Assembly: GCF_009914755.1 (NCBI RefSeq)
Contig: NC_060927.1
Origin: the human T2T-CHM13v2.0 reference genome, Homo sapiens
Length of the DNA stretch: 64,000 nt
Reading direction: 5' to 3' (one strand)
The notes below the pieces were generated by a model. The model ran no database searches. It was not told the origin of the DNA and saw only the letters and a program-made list of their open reading frames with translations. Both the position numbers and the translations under genes were made by a program. Shown one piece after another: positions 51,201 to 64,000 of the stretch. Position 1 is the stretch's first letter; every line of letters begins with the position of its first letter.

Positions 51201-54200
51201 AAAAAGACAAAGAAGGGCATTATGTAATGGTAAAGGGTGGAATTCAGCAAGAAAATCTCACTATCCTAAATATATATGTTCCCAACACAGGAGCACCCAG
51301 ATTCAAAAAGCAAGTTCTTAGAGACCTTCAAAGAGATTTAGACTCCCACACAATAATAGTGGCAGGATTTACAGCCCCACTGACAATATTAGACAGATCA
51401 TCAAGAAAAAATTAACAAAGATGTTCAGGACCTGAACTCCGCTCTGGATCAAGCAGACCTGATAGATATCTATAGAACTCTCCACCCAAAAAAACAGAAT
51501 ACACATTCTTCTCATCACCACATGGCATATATTCTAAAATAGATCACACAATCAGAAGTAAAATTCTCCTCATCAAATGCAAAAGAACTGAAATCATAAC
51601 AAACAATCTCTCAGACCACAGCACAATCAAATTAGAAATCAAGACTAAGAAAGTCACTCAAAACCATACAATTACATGGAAATTGGATAACCTGCTGCTG
51701 AATGACTTTTGGGTAAATAATGAAATTAAGGCAGAAATGAAGAAGTACTTAGAAAGTAATGACAACAAAGATACAACATATCAGAATCTTTGGGATGCAG
51801 CTAAGGCAGTGTTAAGCAGGAAACTTATAGCACTGAAATGTTCACATCAAAAAGTTAGAAAGATCTCAAGTTAACAACTTAATATAAAAACTAAAAGAAC
51901 TAGAGAATCAAGTGCAAAGAAATCCCAAAACTAGCCGAAGACACAAAATAATCAAAATTAGGGCTGAACTGAAGGAGACTGAGACACAAAAAAGCCATTC
52001 AAAAGATCAATGAATCCAGGAGCTGGTTTTCTTGAAAAAAATAATAAAATAGATAGACCACTAGCTAGACTAATAAGAAAAGAGAGAAGATTAAAATAAA
52101 CACAATCAGAAATGACAAGAAGGATATTATCACTTACCCTACAGAAATATAAACAACCATCAGAGAATATTATGAACACCTCTATGTACATAAACTAGAA
52201 AATCTAGGAGAAATGGATAAATGCCTGGACACATACACCCTTCCAAGAATGAACCAGGAAGAAATTGAATCCCTGAACAGACCAATAACGAGCTCTGAAA
52301 TTGAGGCAGTAATAAATAGCCTACCAACCAAAAAAAGCCCAGGATCAGATGGATTCACAGCTGAATTCTGTCAGGTGTCCAAAGAAGAGCTGGTATCATT
52401 CCTACTGAAACTATTCCAAAACACTGAGGAGGAGTGACTCCTCCCTAAGTTATTCTATGAGGCCAGCATCATCCTGATACCAAAACCTGGTAGAGATACA
52501 ACAACAACAACAAAAAGTCAGGCCAATATCCTTGATGAACATTGATGCAAAAATTCTTAAAAAATTACTGGCAACCCGAATCCAGCAGCACATCAAAAAG
52601 CTTATCCACCACAAACAAGTAGACTTTATTTATCCTTGGGAACAAGTTTGATTCATCATATGTAAATCAATAAATGTGATGCCTCACATAAACAGAACTA
52701 AAGGCGAAAACCATATGATTATCACAATAGATGTGGAAAAGGATTTTGATAAAATTCAACATCTTCTCATGTAAAAAACTTTCAATAAACTAGGTACTTA
52801 ATGAACATACCTCAAAATAATAAGAGCCATCCGTGACAAACCCATAGCCACCACCATACTGAATGGGCAAAAGCTGGAAGCATTCCCTTGAAAACCAGCA
52901 TAAGACAAGGATGCCCTCTCTCACCAGTCCTATTCAACATAGTATTAGGAGTCCTGGCCAGGGCAATCAGGCAAGAGAAAGAAATAAAAGGCACTCCAAA
53001 TAGGAAGAGGGAAAGTCAAATCATCCCTGTTTGCAGATGACATGATCCTATATCTAAAACATCCCACAGTTCCAGCCCACAAGCTTCTTAAATTGATAAA
53101 CAACTTCAGCAAAGTCTCAGGATCAAAAATCAATGTGGAAAAATCACTAGCATTCCTATATACCAACAATAGTCAAGCCAAAAGCCAGATCGGAAATGAA
53201 CTCCCATTCACAATTGCCACAAAAAGAATACATTACCTAGGAATACAGCTGACTAGGGAGGTGAAAGATCTCTACATGGAGAACTTCAAACCACTGTTCA
53301 AATAAATTAGAGATGACACAAACAAGTGAAAACACATTCCATGCTCATTGACAGGAAGAATCAACATCATGAAAATGGCCATACTGCCCAAAGTAATTTA
53401 TAGACTCAATGCTATTTCTATTAAACTACCACTGAGATTCTTCACAGAACTAGAAAATACTACTTGAAAATTCATATGGAAACAAAAAAGAGCCCAAATA
53501 GCCAAGACAATCCTAAGCAAAAAAGAACAAAGCAGAAGGCATCACATTTCCCAACTTCAAACTATATTACAGGGCTACAGTAACCAAGGCAGGATGGTAC
53601 TGGTAGAAAAACAGACACATAGACCAATGGAACAGAATAGGAAACACAGAAGTAAGGCCACACACCTATAGCTATCTGATCTTAGACAAACCTGACAAAA
53701 ACAAGTAATGGGGAAAGGATTGCCTGCTAAATAAATGGTGCTGGGATAACTGGCTAGCCATATGCTGAAAATTGAAACTGGACTCCTTCCTTACACAAAA
53801 ATTAACTCAAGATGGATTAAAGACTTAAATGTAAAAACCTAAACTATAAAAACCTTGAAGAAAACCTAGGCAATATCATTCAGGACATGGGCACGGGCAA
53901 AGATTTCATGATGAAGACACCAAAAGCAATTGCGACAAAAGCAAAAATTGACAAATGGCATCTAATTAAACTAAAGAGCTTCTGCACAGCAAAAAGAAAC
54001 TATCAATGGAGTAAACAGACAACCTACAGAAAAGGAGAACATTTCTGCAAACTAAGCATCTCACAAAGGTCTAATATCCAACATCTATAAGGAACTTAAA
54101 CAAATTTGCAAGAAAAAAACCAAACCACCCCATTAAAAAGTGGGCAAAGAACATGAACACATACTTTTCAAAAGAAGGCATATATGTGGCCAGTAATCAT

Positions 54201-55840
54201 GCAAAAAACTCAACATCACTGATAATTAGAGAAATGCAACTCAAAACCATGATGAGATAACTATCTCATACCCATCAGAATGACTATTACTAAAAAGGCA
54301 AAAAATTACTGATGCTGGCTATTTTTAAAAAGGCAAAAAAATATGGATTATGGTTGCAGAGGAAAAGAATGCTTGTACACTCTTGGTGAGGGTGTAGATT
54401 AGTTCAACCACTGTGGAAGACAGTGTGGCAATTCCTCAGAGACCTAATAACAGAAATACCATTCAACCCAGCAACCCCATTACTGGGTATATATCCAAAT
54501 AAATATAAATTGTTCTATTATAAAGAAAGATGCAGGTGTTTATGTCTATTGAGAACTATTCACACTAGCGAAGACATGGAATCAATCTGCATAACCATCA
54601 ATGATAGACTGGATAAAGAAAATGTGGTACATATACACCATAGAATACTATGCAGCCATAAAAAAGAATGAGATCACGTCCCTTACAGAGACATGGATGG
54701 AGCTGGAGGCCATTATTCTTAGCAAACTAAGACAGAAACAGGAAATCAAATACTACATGTTCTTACTTATAAGTGGGAGCTAAATGATGAGAACACATGG
54801 ACACATGGAGGGGAACAACACACACTGGGATCTATTGGAGGGTGGAGGGTAGAAGGAGGAAGATCATGAAAAATAACTAATGGGTACTAGGCTTAATAGC
54901 TGGGTGATGAAATAATCTGTACAACAAACCCCCATAACACAAGTTTACCTACATAACAAATGTTTGCATGTAACTTTGTGAACTTAAAATAAAAGTTGAA
55001 AGAAATGGGCAAAAAACATGAAAAGACACTTCTCAAAAGAACACATACGAGCTACCAACACACATAGGAAAAAATTCTCAACGTCACTAATCATCACAGA
55101 AATGCAAGTCAAAAGCACAATGAGATACTATCTCATACCAGTCAGAATGGCTACTATTAAAAAGTCAAAAAACAACAGATGCTGGTGAGGCTGTGGAGAA
55201 AAGAGAACACTTATGTACGATTGGTGCAAATGTAAGTGAGTTCAGCCACTGTGAAAAGCAGCTTGGAGATTTCTCAAAGAACTTAAACCAAACTACCATT
55301 CAACCCAGCAATCCCATTACCGGGTATATATCCAAAAGAAAATAAAACATTCTGTCAAAAAGACACATGCACTCATATGTTCATCACAGCACTGTTTACA
55401 ATAGCAAAGACATGGTATCAACCTAGATGCTCATCAATGGTGGACTGGATAAAGAAAATGTGGGGCATGTACACCATGGAATATGATGCAGCCATAAAAA
55501 AGTATGAGATCATGTCCTTTGTGGCAGCATCGATACAGCTGGAGGCCATTTTCCCAAGTGAATTAAGGTGGGAACAAAAAACGAATTACCACATGTTCTC
55601 ACTTGTAAGTGGGAGGTAAACACTGGGTACTCAACGGATGTAAAGATGGCAACAAGAGACATGGGGGCTACTAGAGGGGAAGGAGGGAAGGAAGCAAGGT
55701 TTGAAAATCTAACTATTGGGTACTATGCTCAGTACCTGGGTGACAGGAGGAATCATACCCCAAACCTCAGCATCACGTACTACACCCAGGTAACCTGCAC
55801 ATGTACCCCCTGAATCTAAAATAAAAGTTGAAATTATAAG
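48265..55840 (+). mobile_element. Host 5'-truncated L1 (L1PA15/16-like; pieces 48265-48450 and 55002-55840)
   Basis: ORF2 3' sequence breaks at AAAATGAGCAAA (48450) and resumes at AAATGGGCAAA (~55003); own degraded TSD AAAAAGTTAACCTC (48251-48264) / AAAAAGTCAACTTC (55841-55854). Confidence 0.88.
48451..55001 (+). mobile_element. Full-length old primate L1 (L1PA11-13-like), ORF1 and ORF2 inactivated
   Basis: 5' GGGGGAGAAGGCAAGATGGC (YY1 motif), ~1.3-kb GC-rich 5'UTR, ORF1 remnants ~49.86-50.85 kb, ORF2 start MTGLNLHISVLTLNVNGLN at 50932, EN/RT/C-terminal peptides in broken frames to 54783, 3'UTR and AATAAA; antisense to PRICKLE2. Confidence 0.95.
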
Positions 55841-57244
55841 AAAAAGTCAACTTCTAATAAAATAGAAGCTATGGAATAAAGGTCTTAGGTAAGAATTAAG
55901 TTTTCAGATAATCATTACTGCTTGTATTATTAACTTGCATTTATAGAGCTCTTTACACTTTTTAAGAGCATAAAATGCACTGGTGCTTCCGGAAATCTGG
56001 AAAGACAGCAGATGGACCTTCGTTTGGCAGATAAGGAACTGAAAACAGAAAAAAGATGAGCACCTTGCCCAAGGTCATGGGTGAGGGTAGGAGTCAGTGA
56101 TGGAGGCAAGAATCAAAGCAGGTCTCCAGACTCTAAGGCAACCTCTTCTCAAGCTTCAGAAGCATGCAAGTCACCCAGGGATCTTCTTAAAATGAAAAAC
56201 TGAATCCACTAAATCTGAGATTCTGAATCTCTGACAAGCTTCTAGAAGATACTGGTCCACAGACCACATTTGGAACAGCAAAGGGTCTGGGGTGCTTTCC
56301 TTTATCTCATGAGTGTGGAAAGAAAGCCTAGCTCCCCTTGTTTCTCATAACATATCCAGGAAGGCATATATCATAGAGACCAACCAGGGGCTGTACCTGA
56401 GCATGCCACACTCCCAGGCTTCTGGCCAGGCAGCTAGGGAACCTCAGGAATAGGGAGAGAAAGCACGGCTTTGCACTATGCCGTGTCCTACTTCTCCCTT
56501 CAGCAAAAGTGAAGCTGCCACGAACCCATTATCCTGTCTCTGCCAACAAACAACAAAGCCAGGACTGAATTCTTGGAAAGCATAAAGACCTTGAACAGGG
56601 CCATGAAAACTTCTTTTCCTGCTCTTCGTCTCCAATCTCTGTCTCAGCCAGCCTGTGCCCTTCGTCTGGCTTCCTGAGGCAACGTGGGTTTGGCTGGGCT
56701 CCCCCTCTGCACAGATGGAATAAGCAGCTGCTTACCTGGTAGGAGCTGAGTACCTGGAGAGTCCTCCAGGTCCCTCAAATCTCTTTCCTCCCACCTTGCA
56801 AATCTTTATATCAATCCAGCTCGTGAGCTAAAGGAAGCCTTTCCAAACTATCCTCTCTGGATTATGCAAATAAACGATTGGGTGGGAAATTAGGTTTGGG
56901 AATTTCTACGGCACTTCTCAAAAACAGGCTTCAGTGCAGTAGGAATTTTCAGAAAGAAGATAGAAAATGCATTGTTTTCCATACTTTGGAAACAGAACCC
57001 CTTCTCTACCCAGCCCCACCCTGACTCATAAACATGTTTTGAGAAATAGTGGTTTACCAACATTGATTCCTGTTAAAATCCAAACATATCTGCTTATAAT
57101 TTCTGTCTCAGTTATTGTAACTCGGCTGTGTTCAGCCAAACTGGAGCCTAAGGCAAAAGAAAAAAAAAAAATCAGTGAAACAGATCCTGTCTTTATTTAC
57201 AAATTGTATTCTTTTGTTAGTCACAATTTTTTTTGTATGAATTT

Positions 57245-57350
57245 TAATGCTTAAAATATTCCTTATCTTGATGGCTAAGTTTTTTGGCACCCCTTTAAAT
57301 TATGTAGCCATGGGGGAGGGTGTTTCTTGCCGCCCCCTAGTCCCATGCTG
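57245..57350. mobile_element. MER91-like hAT remnant
   Basis: AATATTCCTTATCTTGATGGCTAAGTTTTTTGGCACCCCTTTAAATT...GCCGCCCCCTAGTCCC. Confidence 0.45.
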
Positions 57351-58942
57351 GGCAGACAGGCCACTCACCTTACACCTTAGTCAAATCTTTGATTTTCATT
57401 TGTGAAGTTCCATGTGTTGTATATTTGCTATAAACGGTGCTTTCCAGGGTAGCAGAAAAGAATGACTGGCTCGGAAAGTAGAGCACACTGCCATAAATAC
57501 CAGTGAGATCCTGAATAAATCACTTCTCTCCTCTGAACCTTGGCTTTCTTCTGAACCTCTAGCAGAGATGCTCCAAGCTCCTCCCAGCTGAGTCTGTGAT
57601 TTTGATTCCAGATACCACCCATTATCAGATCAGTGTGGATTATGGTTGAGGAATATCTGCAGAGTATCTTTGCAAAGGGAATGTTATCTAGCAAAGTAAG
57701 TTTTCATAAAGGGGGTAAAAGGGAGGGAAAGAAGAGTTATGGAATGCTGCCAGAGAGGTCAGAATGGAAAACACTTAGGAGGTTCCTAGATAACCAGGGG
57801 GTAGTTTGTTGACAGAAAGGAACATAAATGAGAGAAAGAGAAACCTAAACCCAAGATTTGTCTACCTCATCATCTGTCATTAGTCAAAACCTGCTAACAG
57901 GTCTCAAGTAGATGTCCCCACTAGCCCACCCTTTGCCCCCAAAAATTCATAACCCAACAGCCAAGGCTCACTTCAGGGTGTTGTCTGGGAACCACTGCTG
58001 TGTCAGAATCACAGAATCACCTGCAAGTTCCCCAGTCCTGTCCCAGACCTAGTGAACCAGAACTTCTGGGAGGCCCAAGAATCTGCATTTTCAGCCAGTT
58101 CTTCAGTTGATTTTGATGCCTTTAAAGATCCAAAAAATGACTGCTTTGAAGTCATGTGGGTGTGAACAAATGATCAGGTTTCCCAGCACTGGCTGCCCTC
58201 ACTTGTGGGTGACCTTAGAATTCAGACTCTGAAAAACTGCCTGTTAGGTAACTCTGCCTTGTCAGTGCCAAGCAAGGTGTGAGGATTCTGTGACCTGCCA
58301 AAGCCCCGGGCCACTGTCAGACGCAGGCTTTCCAGGACAATTTGTGTTACTCCTCCCGCCAAATCCTGGCTGGTGAAGACTGATGACTTAATTCCCTGCT
58401 CCTGTCACTAAATGTGGTCCCTGTGCCAACCCAGCCAGGGTAGATGGTGACCCAGCTCCCCCTGGAAACTCTTCAGAAGGTCAGCACCTGAGAAACCCAA
58501 CAGGATGCTAGAGACCTGGAAGAGAGGGAGGTACTTTGCTTGGTTTGCCTCCAACTCTTGGCCATCAGAGCTGTTCGCTGCTCTGTGAGCACTTACAACC
58601 CCAAAATATCAGAGCAGGTGTGTGAACACTCTGGGAATGCTATGTGGCTCCTGTCCTCAGCAGGATTTGTGGTTCTGTAAAGCACCCAGCTCAGAGCTCC
58701 TACCCTTTTGATGGAAGTGCAACTGATCCAGCCATTAGAAGGACCATTTGCTATTAACTGTACAAATTTATAATGTGCACACTCCTTGATCCAAGAGTCT
58801 TATTTCTAGGAATTTATGCTATGGAAAAATCAAAGTATCCAACAAGAAGAGGTGGGTTAAAATAATTAGGACACAATGGAATAAAGCACAACTTCAGATG
58901 ACTTTGAGCTATATGGACCAACAGTGAAGGATGAACAAGGTA

Positions 58943-61524
58943 CAAGTTGAGTATCTCCAATCTGAAAATGCAAAATGTTCTAAAATATGAAAACTTTTGG
59001 GTGACAATATGATACTCAAATGCTCAAGGGAGCATTTCAAGTTTTGGATTTTTAGATTAGTGATGCTCAACTGGTAAGCCATATGCAAATATAGATACCA
59101 TGTTTTATTGAGCATCACCTTATTGCATCTTGCAGATACTGTGATGCTTACGAATGGAAGGTTCATAGCAATCCTTCATTAGGCAAGACTATCAGCACCA
59201 TTTTTCCAACAGCCTGTGCTCACTTTGTGTCTCTGTCACATTGTGGTAATTCTCACAATATTTCAAACTTTCTCATTATTATTATATCTATTATGGTCAT
59301 CTGTGGTCAGTAATCTTTGATATTACTATTGTAATTGTTTTGGGATATCATGAATTGCACCCATATAAGATGGTAAATAATATCATTAAATGTTGTATGT
59401 GTGTGTGTTCTAACTGCTCCACTGACCCACCATTCCCCCATCTTTTTCCCTGTTCTCAGGTCTATTTCCTGAGACCAAACAATATTGAAATTAGGCCAAT
59501 TAATAACCGTATAATGTCTTCTAGGTGTTCAAGTGAAAGGAAGAGTCGTGCACCTCTCACTTTAGATCAAAAGCTGGAGATGACTAAGCTTAGTGAGGAA
59601 GACACGTTGAAAGTCAAGACAGGCCAAAAGCTAGGCCTCTTGCACCAGTTAGCCAAATTGTGAATGCAAATAAAAAGTTCTTGAAGGAATTTAAAGGGAT
59701 ACTCCAACACATGCATGAAAATAAAGTGACCTAGCCTTATTGCTGACACAGGGAAAGTTTAAGTGGGCTGGACAGAAAAACAAACCAGCCCACAACATTC
59801 CTTTAAGTCAAAGCCTAATCCAGAGCAAGACCCTAACTCTTCAGGTCTATGAAGGCTGAGTGAGGTGAGGAAATTGCAGAAGAAAAGTTAGAAACTAACA
59901 GAGGTTGGTTCATGAGGTTTAAGGAAAGAAGCCATCGCCATAACATAAAAGTGCAAGGTGAAGCAGCAAGTGCTAATGGAAAAGCTGCAACAAGTTATCC
60001 AGAAGGTCTACATAAGATCACTGATGACGATAGCTACACTAAACAGATTTTCAATGTAGGTGAAACAGTCTTCAACGGAGAAGATACCATCTAGTACCTT
60101 ACTAGCTAAAGAGGAGAACTCAATGCCTGACTTCAAAGCTTCAAAGGACAGGCTGACTCTTCAGTTAGGGGCTAATGCAGCTGGTGACTTTAAGTTGAAG
60201 CTAATGCTCATTGACCAGTTCAAAAATCTTAGGGCCCTTAATAATAATGCTAAGTCCACTCTGATTGTGCTGTATATATGAAACAACAAGCCTGGATGAC
60301 AGCAAATAAGCTTATAGCATGGCTTACTGAATATTATAAGCCCACTGTTGAGACCTACTGTTCAGAAGAAAAAATTCATTTCAAAATGTTACCACTTATT
60401 GACAATGCACTTGGTCACCCAAGAGGTATGACGGAGATGTACAAGAATATGAATGTTGTTTTCATGCCTGCTAACACAGCACCCCTTCTTTAGCCTATGG
60501 ATCAAGGAATGATTTCAGCTTTCAAGTCTTCTTAATTAAGAAATAAATCTCACAGGGCTGCATCAATAGTGATTCCTCTGATGGATCTGGGCAAAATAAA
60601 CTGAAAATCTTCTGGAAAGAATTCACCATTCTAGATGCCATTAAGAACATTCGTGATTCATGAGAGGAGGTTAAAATATACATAATAATAGGAGTTTGGA
60701 CAAAGTTGATTCTAACCCTCATGGATAACTTTGAGGGGTTCTAGATTGCAGGTATAGTGGAAATAGCAAGAAAACTAGAATTAAGAGTGGAGCCTGAAGA
60801 TGGGGCCATCTCATGATCAAACTTGAATGGATGAATTGTTGCTTTTTATGGATGAGAGAAGAAAGTGGTTTCTTGAAATAGATTCTACTCCTGGTGAAGA
60901 TGCTACGAACATTGTTGAAATGACAACAAAAGATGTAGAATATTACATAAACCTAGTGGATAAAGCAGTGGCAGGGTTGAAGAGGATTGAGTCCAATTTT
61001 GTAATAAGTTCTACTGTGGGTAAAATGCTATCAAACAGCATCACATACTACAAAGAAATCTTTTGTGAAAGGAAGAGTCAATCAATGTGTCAAACTTCAT
61101 TGTTATCTTATCTTTGGAAATTGCCACAGCCAAGCCAACCTTCAGCAACCACTACTCTGATCAGTCAGCAGCCAACAATATGGAGGCAACACTCTCCACC
61201 AGCAAAAACATTATTCACTGAAGGCTCAGAGGATCAACAGCACTTTCTAGTAATAAAGTATTTTTAAATTAATGTACACTTTTTAGACAGAATAGTATCA
61301 CACACTTAATAGACTACAGTATAATGTAAACAAAACTTTTATATGCATTGGGAAACCAAAAAATTTGCATGACTCACTTTATTGTGATATCTGCTCTATT
61401 GAGGTGTTTTAGAACTGAACATGAAATATCTCTGAGGTATGTGTGTATTCCAAAATCTGACAAAGAACCTGAAATACAAAACACTTCTGGCCCCTAGCAT
61501 TTCAGATAAGGGATGCCTAACCTG
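58943..61524. mobile_element. Tigger4a/MER46-type MITE split by Tigger1 (pieces 58943-59091 and 61446-61524)
   Basis: TA|CAAGTTGAGTATC... and ...GATAAGGGATGCCTAACCTG|TA terminal inverted repeats; the pieces sum to ~230 bp. Confidence 0.85.
59092..61445 (+). mobile_element. Tigger1 (pogo/TcMar) near-full-length DNA transposon, transposase pseudogenised
   Basis: Degenerate TIRs flanked by TA; transposase peptides [73 protein letters not shown] and LIDNALGHP...VVFMPANT in shifted frames. Confidence 0.95.
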
Positions 61525-62197
61525 TATAACGTTAAGTGAAAAAACAAATTACAAAACATTATCATGAGTCTTTTTTTTTTGTTTGTTTTTAGTTATATAC
61601 GTGTCAGCATATGCCTAACAACAAATACCAAAGGAATAGTCAATGGGGGGAGAGTAATCGCGGACAATTTTAATTTATACATTATATATTTCTGTAGTTT
61701 GTAATTTTTTAAAAGCTATTTTTGCTTGTAATTAGAGAAAACAGTAAAATTTCATGAAAAACTTGGGGGGCCTACCCTTTACCATCTTGGCCTATCTCCC
61801 AAGAGAATCTGAAGCTTTTTCTGGGGCTGAAACAGTCTAGGACAAGAATTTTTAGCCCAATATTTATCATTTCTGAAACACTAGGAGATGCAGCAAAGAA
61901 AAATTCCTCCACAAATCTTGTGCTAAGTTATTCACAGCTGTTTTACAACAGAAAATCTAGAAGTCATGGCAGGTATGAGAAACCACGGCAGGTAGTTTCA
62001 AATCTTGCAGGCATCTTAAACCATACCATCTCAACCCACACCTCTACCTCAAAGCTCAAAACCCAAAGAAAGGATCCACTGCCTCTGCAGCTGGTTTTAA
62101 ATGGTCATCGAGACTGACCAAACAACACTGCATGATGGTTAAAGGCTCTGGAGTCGGGCTGCCTCTCATTAGCCATGTGACTGTGGGCAGGTTTCTT

Positions 62198-62493
<296 letters not shown>

Positions 62494-62552
62494 TTGTGGG
62501 CAGGTTTCTTAACCTCACTAAGCCTCTGTTTTGTCCTCTGTAAAATGGAGGC

Positions 62553-62810
62553 TCATTCATTCGCAAATAGTTCGTGAATGCCCACTCATTTGTCAGGTTT
62601 ATCAAATGCCTACTATGCATCAGGCAGTGCTCCAGCTGCTGGGGCAACACCAGCAAAATAAAATCAGATAAAGTTCCTGCCCTTAAGGAGCACTCATTCC
62701 AGTAGTGCAGACAGGCAATAAACAGAACAAATAAGTAAAATATACACTATGTCAAATGGTGCTGAGTGTTATAGAGAAAATAAGGCAGGAAAGGAATAAG
62801 AAGAGCAGTT
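62553..62810 (-). mobile_element. L2 3' fragment
   Basis: TCATTCATTC...TGCCTACTATGCATCAGGCAGTGCT...CCTGCCCTTAAGGAGCACTCATTCCAGT. Confidence 0.7.
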
Positions 62811-63034
62811 CATGGAGGACAACATCCAGGCAATACAAGCTCAGCCTTACCCAATAAGATAATGTGCAACATAATGCTCCAGGGAGAACCCCCATCCTGT
62901 AGTCACCACTCTATAACTCATGCCATGACTACCACCACTACTATTACTACCACCTTTGTCCACGGTCACTCTCCCTCCTGCAGCCAACGCTGGTCCTCTG
63001 TAAGTTTTCCTCTATTGGTATTTAATGAGAGGTA

Positions 63035-63230
63035 CCATTGTGAGTATCTTCCATGGGCAAGGCATGGTGCTGGGCAATTTTACATATCCAACCTCATCTG
63101 ACTCTCATGAACCCCCTAAGAGCAGGTATCATCATTCTCATTTTTTCAAAAGAGGAATCTGAGACTCAAAGAGGTTGGGGGCTGCCCTGATCACACAGGG
63201 AACATTCAAATCCTGATTAGCCTGACTGAA
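63035..63230 (-). mobile_element. MIR
   Basis: TGAGTATCTTCCATGGGCAAGGCA...CATTTTTTCAAAAGAGGAATCTGAGACTCAAAGAGGTT. Confidence 0.65.
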
Positions 63231-64000
63231 GGCTTAAGGTCTCAGCTGGGGAGCTCTTCTGCCTCCCAGGTGCAAAAGCAAGACTGTACCCAGCGTCCAT
63301 CTCAGGGCATCCTCAGCCCTTCCTGAGGACCTGAGCCGTCAGCCCACGGTGCCCTCCAGCGTCATCTCCTGCTTGGTGAGCTATGCTAGGCCCCGATGCT
63401 CAAGATAACCTGTAAAGGCAAACTTGGAATCCTGACTTGTCTTCTCTCTCTTGGTCCCATTTTGTGATTTTGGATCTCCCAAAGAGACTCAGCTGCCTAT
63501 CTTGAACGTTTTACCCTACAGGAAGAGGGCAGCAGGCACTGATTAAACCAGAACCCTTGAAAAGAGAGTGGGGCTTGAGCAGGGCAGATTTATTGAACAG
63601 CTGAGGTCAAGCAACCAGAGGATTTCCTCATATTTTATATGATCAAAAAAAGTTCCACTTCTGTTCACTGCCCTTTGCAGCAGTTGGGGGTTGCTCCCAT
63701 GGAAGGAGCTCCCAGGCTTAAGGAGAGGAGGTAGCGGTGGGGGCGTTAGAGGTGGCAGGAGGAGTCACAGTGTGGGCAGGAAGGGCTGGCCTGGTCTAAG
63801 AGTGCCCACAGCGGATTCAGAGGGTGACAGGCACCCATCGCTTTCTCCACACGTGGAACAACTGAATTACTGGAGCTGGGAAAGCATAGCAACTGAATGT
63901 CTCTGCAAGCAAAAAGAAATTTCTGAAAACAGATTCAACTTTAGCTGTTAACAGGATGCAGTGATTTTGCCAAAGACAAAGCCAGGGATTCTCAAAGTGG

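Noticed and set aside
50932-54783. L1 ORF2 (endonuclease/reverse transcriptase) as an active gene
   Set aside because: Many stops and frameshifts; only 60-87-aa fragments remain
59514-60800. Domesticated TIGD-like transposase gene
   Set aside because: Reading frame is disrupted repeatedly and TIRs are still present, so it is a decayed Tigger1 copy

Overview
Primate (almost certainly human) genomic DNA from the 3' end of the PRICKLE2 locus. The gene is recognised from its C-terminal peptide, and its 3p14.1 location is recalled rather than seen. The only protein-coding sequence is the terminal exon of PRICKLE2 on the minus strand (acceptor at 35536/35535, stop at 34661, ending in the CAAX motif CIIS). 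It is followed by a ~5.2 kb repeat-poor 3'UTR with tandem AATAAA signals near 29.49 kb and a candidate distal signal at 27.87 kb. Positions 35.5-64 kb are the preceding large intron, and positions 1-27.8 kb are downstream sequence where I recall antisense/lncRNA annotations. The rest is mostly interspersed repeats: 12 Alus, L1s (including a full-length old L1PA nested in another L1), a near-full-length Tigger1 nested in a Tigger4-type MITE, MER20/MER5/MER1/MER58 elements, and MLT/ERV LTRs. Structure not explained by standard repeats: a 125-bp near-perfect palindrome (59-bp arms, 7-nt loop) at 8354-8478, a full-length retroposed U3 snoRNA copy at 7418-7630, two local non-tandem duplications (166 bp and ~300 bp) that look like templated insertions, a (GGGGAT)11 G-quadruplex repeat, and a dense AP-1 motif cluster at 15-21 kb. 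I see no evidence of a new multi-gene system. All other ORFs in the track are repeat-derived or chance. Repeat subfamily names are from by-eye recognition and need RepeatMasker/Dfam confirmation.
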